Source: Candidatus Nanosyncoccus sp. (GTDB lineage: Bacteria; Patescibacteriota; Saccharimonadia; Saccharimonadales; Saccharimonadaceae). From it: 32,000 nt of DNA. A model generated the notes under the pieces. That model did not search any database and was not told where the DNA came from. It was given only the letters and a program-made list of their open reading frames with translations. This document shows, in pieces, positions 31,058-32,000 of the stretch (its first letter is position 1; each line of letters opens with the position of its first letter). The stretch is taken from positions 39,674 through 71,673 of the forward strand of contig JAZUHD010000004.1 in assembly GCA_045641545.1 (NCBI GenBank), written 5' to 3'. The translations under genes were made by a program, and so were the position numbers.

Positions 31058-31288
31058 ATGCCAACAGCAAAAAAGAGCACAACAAAAAAACCGACAGCCA
31101 AAAAAACTGCAGTAGTAAAGGCGACGACGGTAAAATCGGTAAAAAAACCCGCGGAAAAATGCAACAGCAAGAAATGTTGTAAATGTGAGCCAGAGACCCA
31201 TAGTCTGAAAAATCTAGTTATTCTATGGCTCTGTCTTTTTGCAGCAACAATTTTAGGCGTCCTTGCTTACGCCTATATGATTCAGTAA
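31058..31288 (+). CDS. Lys-rich histone-tail-like protein with Cys cluster and C-terminal TM
   Basis: MPTAKKSTTKKPTAKKTAVVKATTVKSVKKPAEKCNSKKCCKCEPETHSLKNLVILWLCLFAATILGVLAYAYMIQ; SD AAAGGA. Confidence 0.65.
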   Translation: MPTAKKSTTKKPTAKKTAVVKATTVKSVKKPAEKCNSKKCCKCEPETHSLKNLVILWLCLFAATILGVLAYAYMIQ

Positions 31289-31390
31289 TCAAAAGATAAG
31301 ACGCGAGATAACAATAAATCGGTCTCATTTGAAATAATTAAAGAAGAAGTAAGCCTGGTCCTAGAAAGTTTTAAGAGATAACTAACACGA

Positions 31391-31412
31391 AAAAGACTCG
31401 CCTTGCAGCGAG
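31391..31412 (-). terminator. Intrinsic terminator for the reverse-strand gene
   Basis: Reverse strand GGCTCGC-TGCAAG-GCGAGTC-TTTTTC. Confidence 0.7.
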
Positions 31413-31463
31413 CCTTATTTTCTATGTATTTGTTGGTTTGCGATCGGGGCATTGGTTTGCCAA

Positions 31464-31582
31464 ATCAACGATAATATCGCTGTTGGTTTACAAGGAGAGC
31501 GTCAAATTATCAGATCAACGATAATATCGTTGATGCTGTAATTAGAGCGTCAGCTCACTAAATCAATGATAAGATCGTTGAT
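31464..31582. repeat. About 49-bp tandem repeat carrying a 21-bp palindrome, three units
   Basis: ATCAACGATAATATCGCTGTT (31464), ATCAACGATAATATCGTTGAT (31514), ATCAATGATAAGATCGTTGAT (31562). Confidence 0.85.
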
Positions 31583-32000
31583 GCCTTGCTCCTCTGCAAG
31601 TTTCGCAACCTCGCGAGAGGAAGTAAGGAGTCTCACTTTGTACCCCTGCACCCAGAGTTCACAGCACACGGCGACAACACCAATAGTGCGATTCTTAGTA
31701 ACAGGAAAGCTCGGTTCGCAGAACAACTCCTCCTTATAGCGCAGATTGACCGTGTTGAGTCCACCTGCACCATAAAAAGCCAGGATATGCTCGGCTTCCA
31801 GACAGCTTGCTGAGAGCTTTTCGAGCTCTCTGATACAAAAGAGAGGAATAAAAATCGGCAGAGTTGCCGCAAGGACTTCAGCGGAGCCTCTTTTTATCAA
31901 GGCGCCAGTCTCCGTAACAATAACTTCATCGATTTCATCCCCATCGTTGGCGAGCACCTCCTTTGCTTGAGCGAGAAGAGTCTCTCGATTGGCTTTTTCG
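31550..32000 (-). CDS. Hypothetical protein, runs off window end
   Basis: Frame is open upstream of the track's GTG at 31957: EKANRETLLAQAKEVLANDGDEIDEVIVTETGALIKRG...VRLLTSSREVAKLAEEQGINDLIIDLVS*. Confidence 0.7.
   Translation of the reverse strand, partial: EKANRETLLAQAKEVLANDGDEIDEVIVTETGALIKRGSAEVLAATLPIFIPLFCIRELEKLSASCLEAEHILAFYGAGGLNTVNLRYKEELFCEPSFPVTKNRTIGVVAVCCELWVQGYKVRLLTSSREVAKLAEEQGINDLIIDLVS

Noticed and set aside
30927-31170. ORFs 30927..31115 (+) and 30931..31170 (-)
   Set aside because: They overlap the better-supported 46-aa TM ORF and the Lys-rich TM protein frame with its SD.

Overview
This 32 kb window looks like a small, gene-dense bacterial chromosome segment, probably Patescibacteria/CPR and most like Saccharibacteria. 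That placement is inferred from the gene set and reduced protein forms; no database search was run. Standard code is used and TGA acts as a stop. Core genes: membrane pyrophosphatase (partial), Ca/Na antiporter, SLT-like lytic enzyme, DMT transporter, SPFH protein plus zinc-ribbon partner, FakB/FakA/PlsY lipid genes plus a glycosyltransferase, HtpX, LigA, a sortase-type surface protein, enolase, a short UvrC, SecG, a peptide-binding SBP, tRNA-Gly(GCC) and tRNA-Leu(GAG). Between about 6.87 and 13.35 kb lies an accessory island. It holds a serine-recombinase remnant beside tRNA-Gly, orphan genes, a gene split by frameshifts, a decayed DDE transposase, and a roughly 420 nt non-coding locus with two repeated Shine-Dalgarno + AUG-X-UAA minigenes that ends in an intrinsic terminator. 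Most interesting observations: (1) the structured minigene RNA locus; (2) a recurring TANAAT-N6-ATG arrangement at eight gene starts, suggesting leaderless mRNAs, including interlocked back-to-back promoters between eno and its neighbour; (3) LigA lacking all four zinc-finger cysteines; (4) tRNA-Gly with a compensated U19:A56 tertiary pair; (5) 3'-end tandem palindromic repeats that copy a C-terminal coding segment; (6) a contiguous FakB-FakA-PlsY-glycosyltransferase block.
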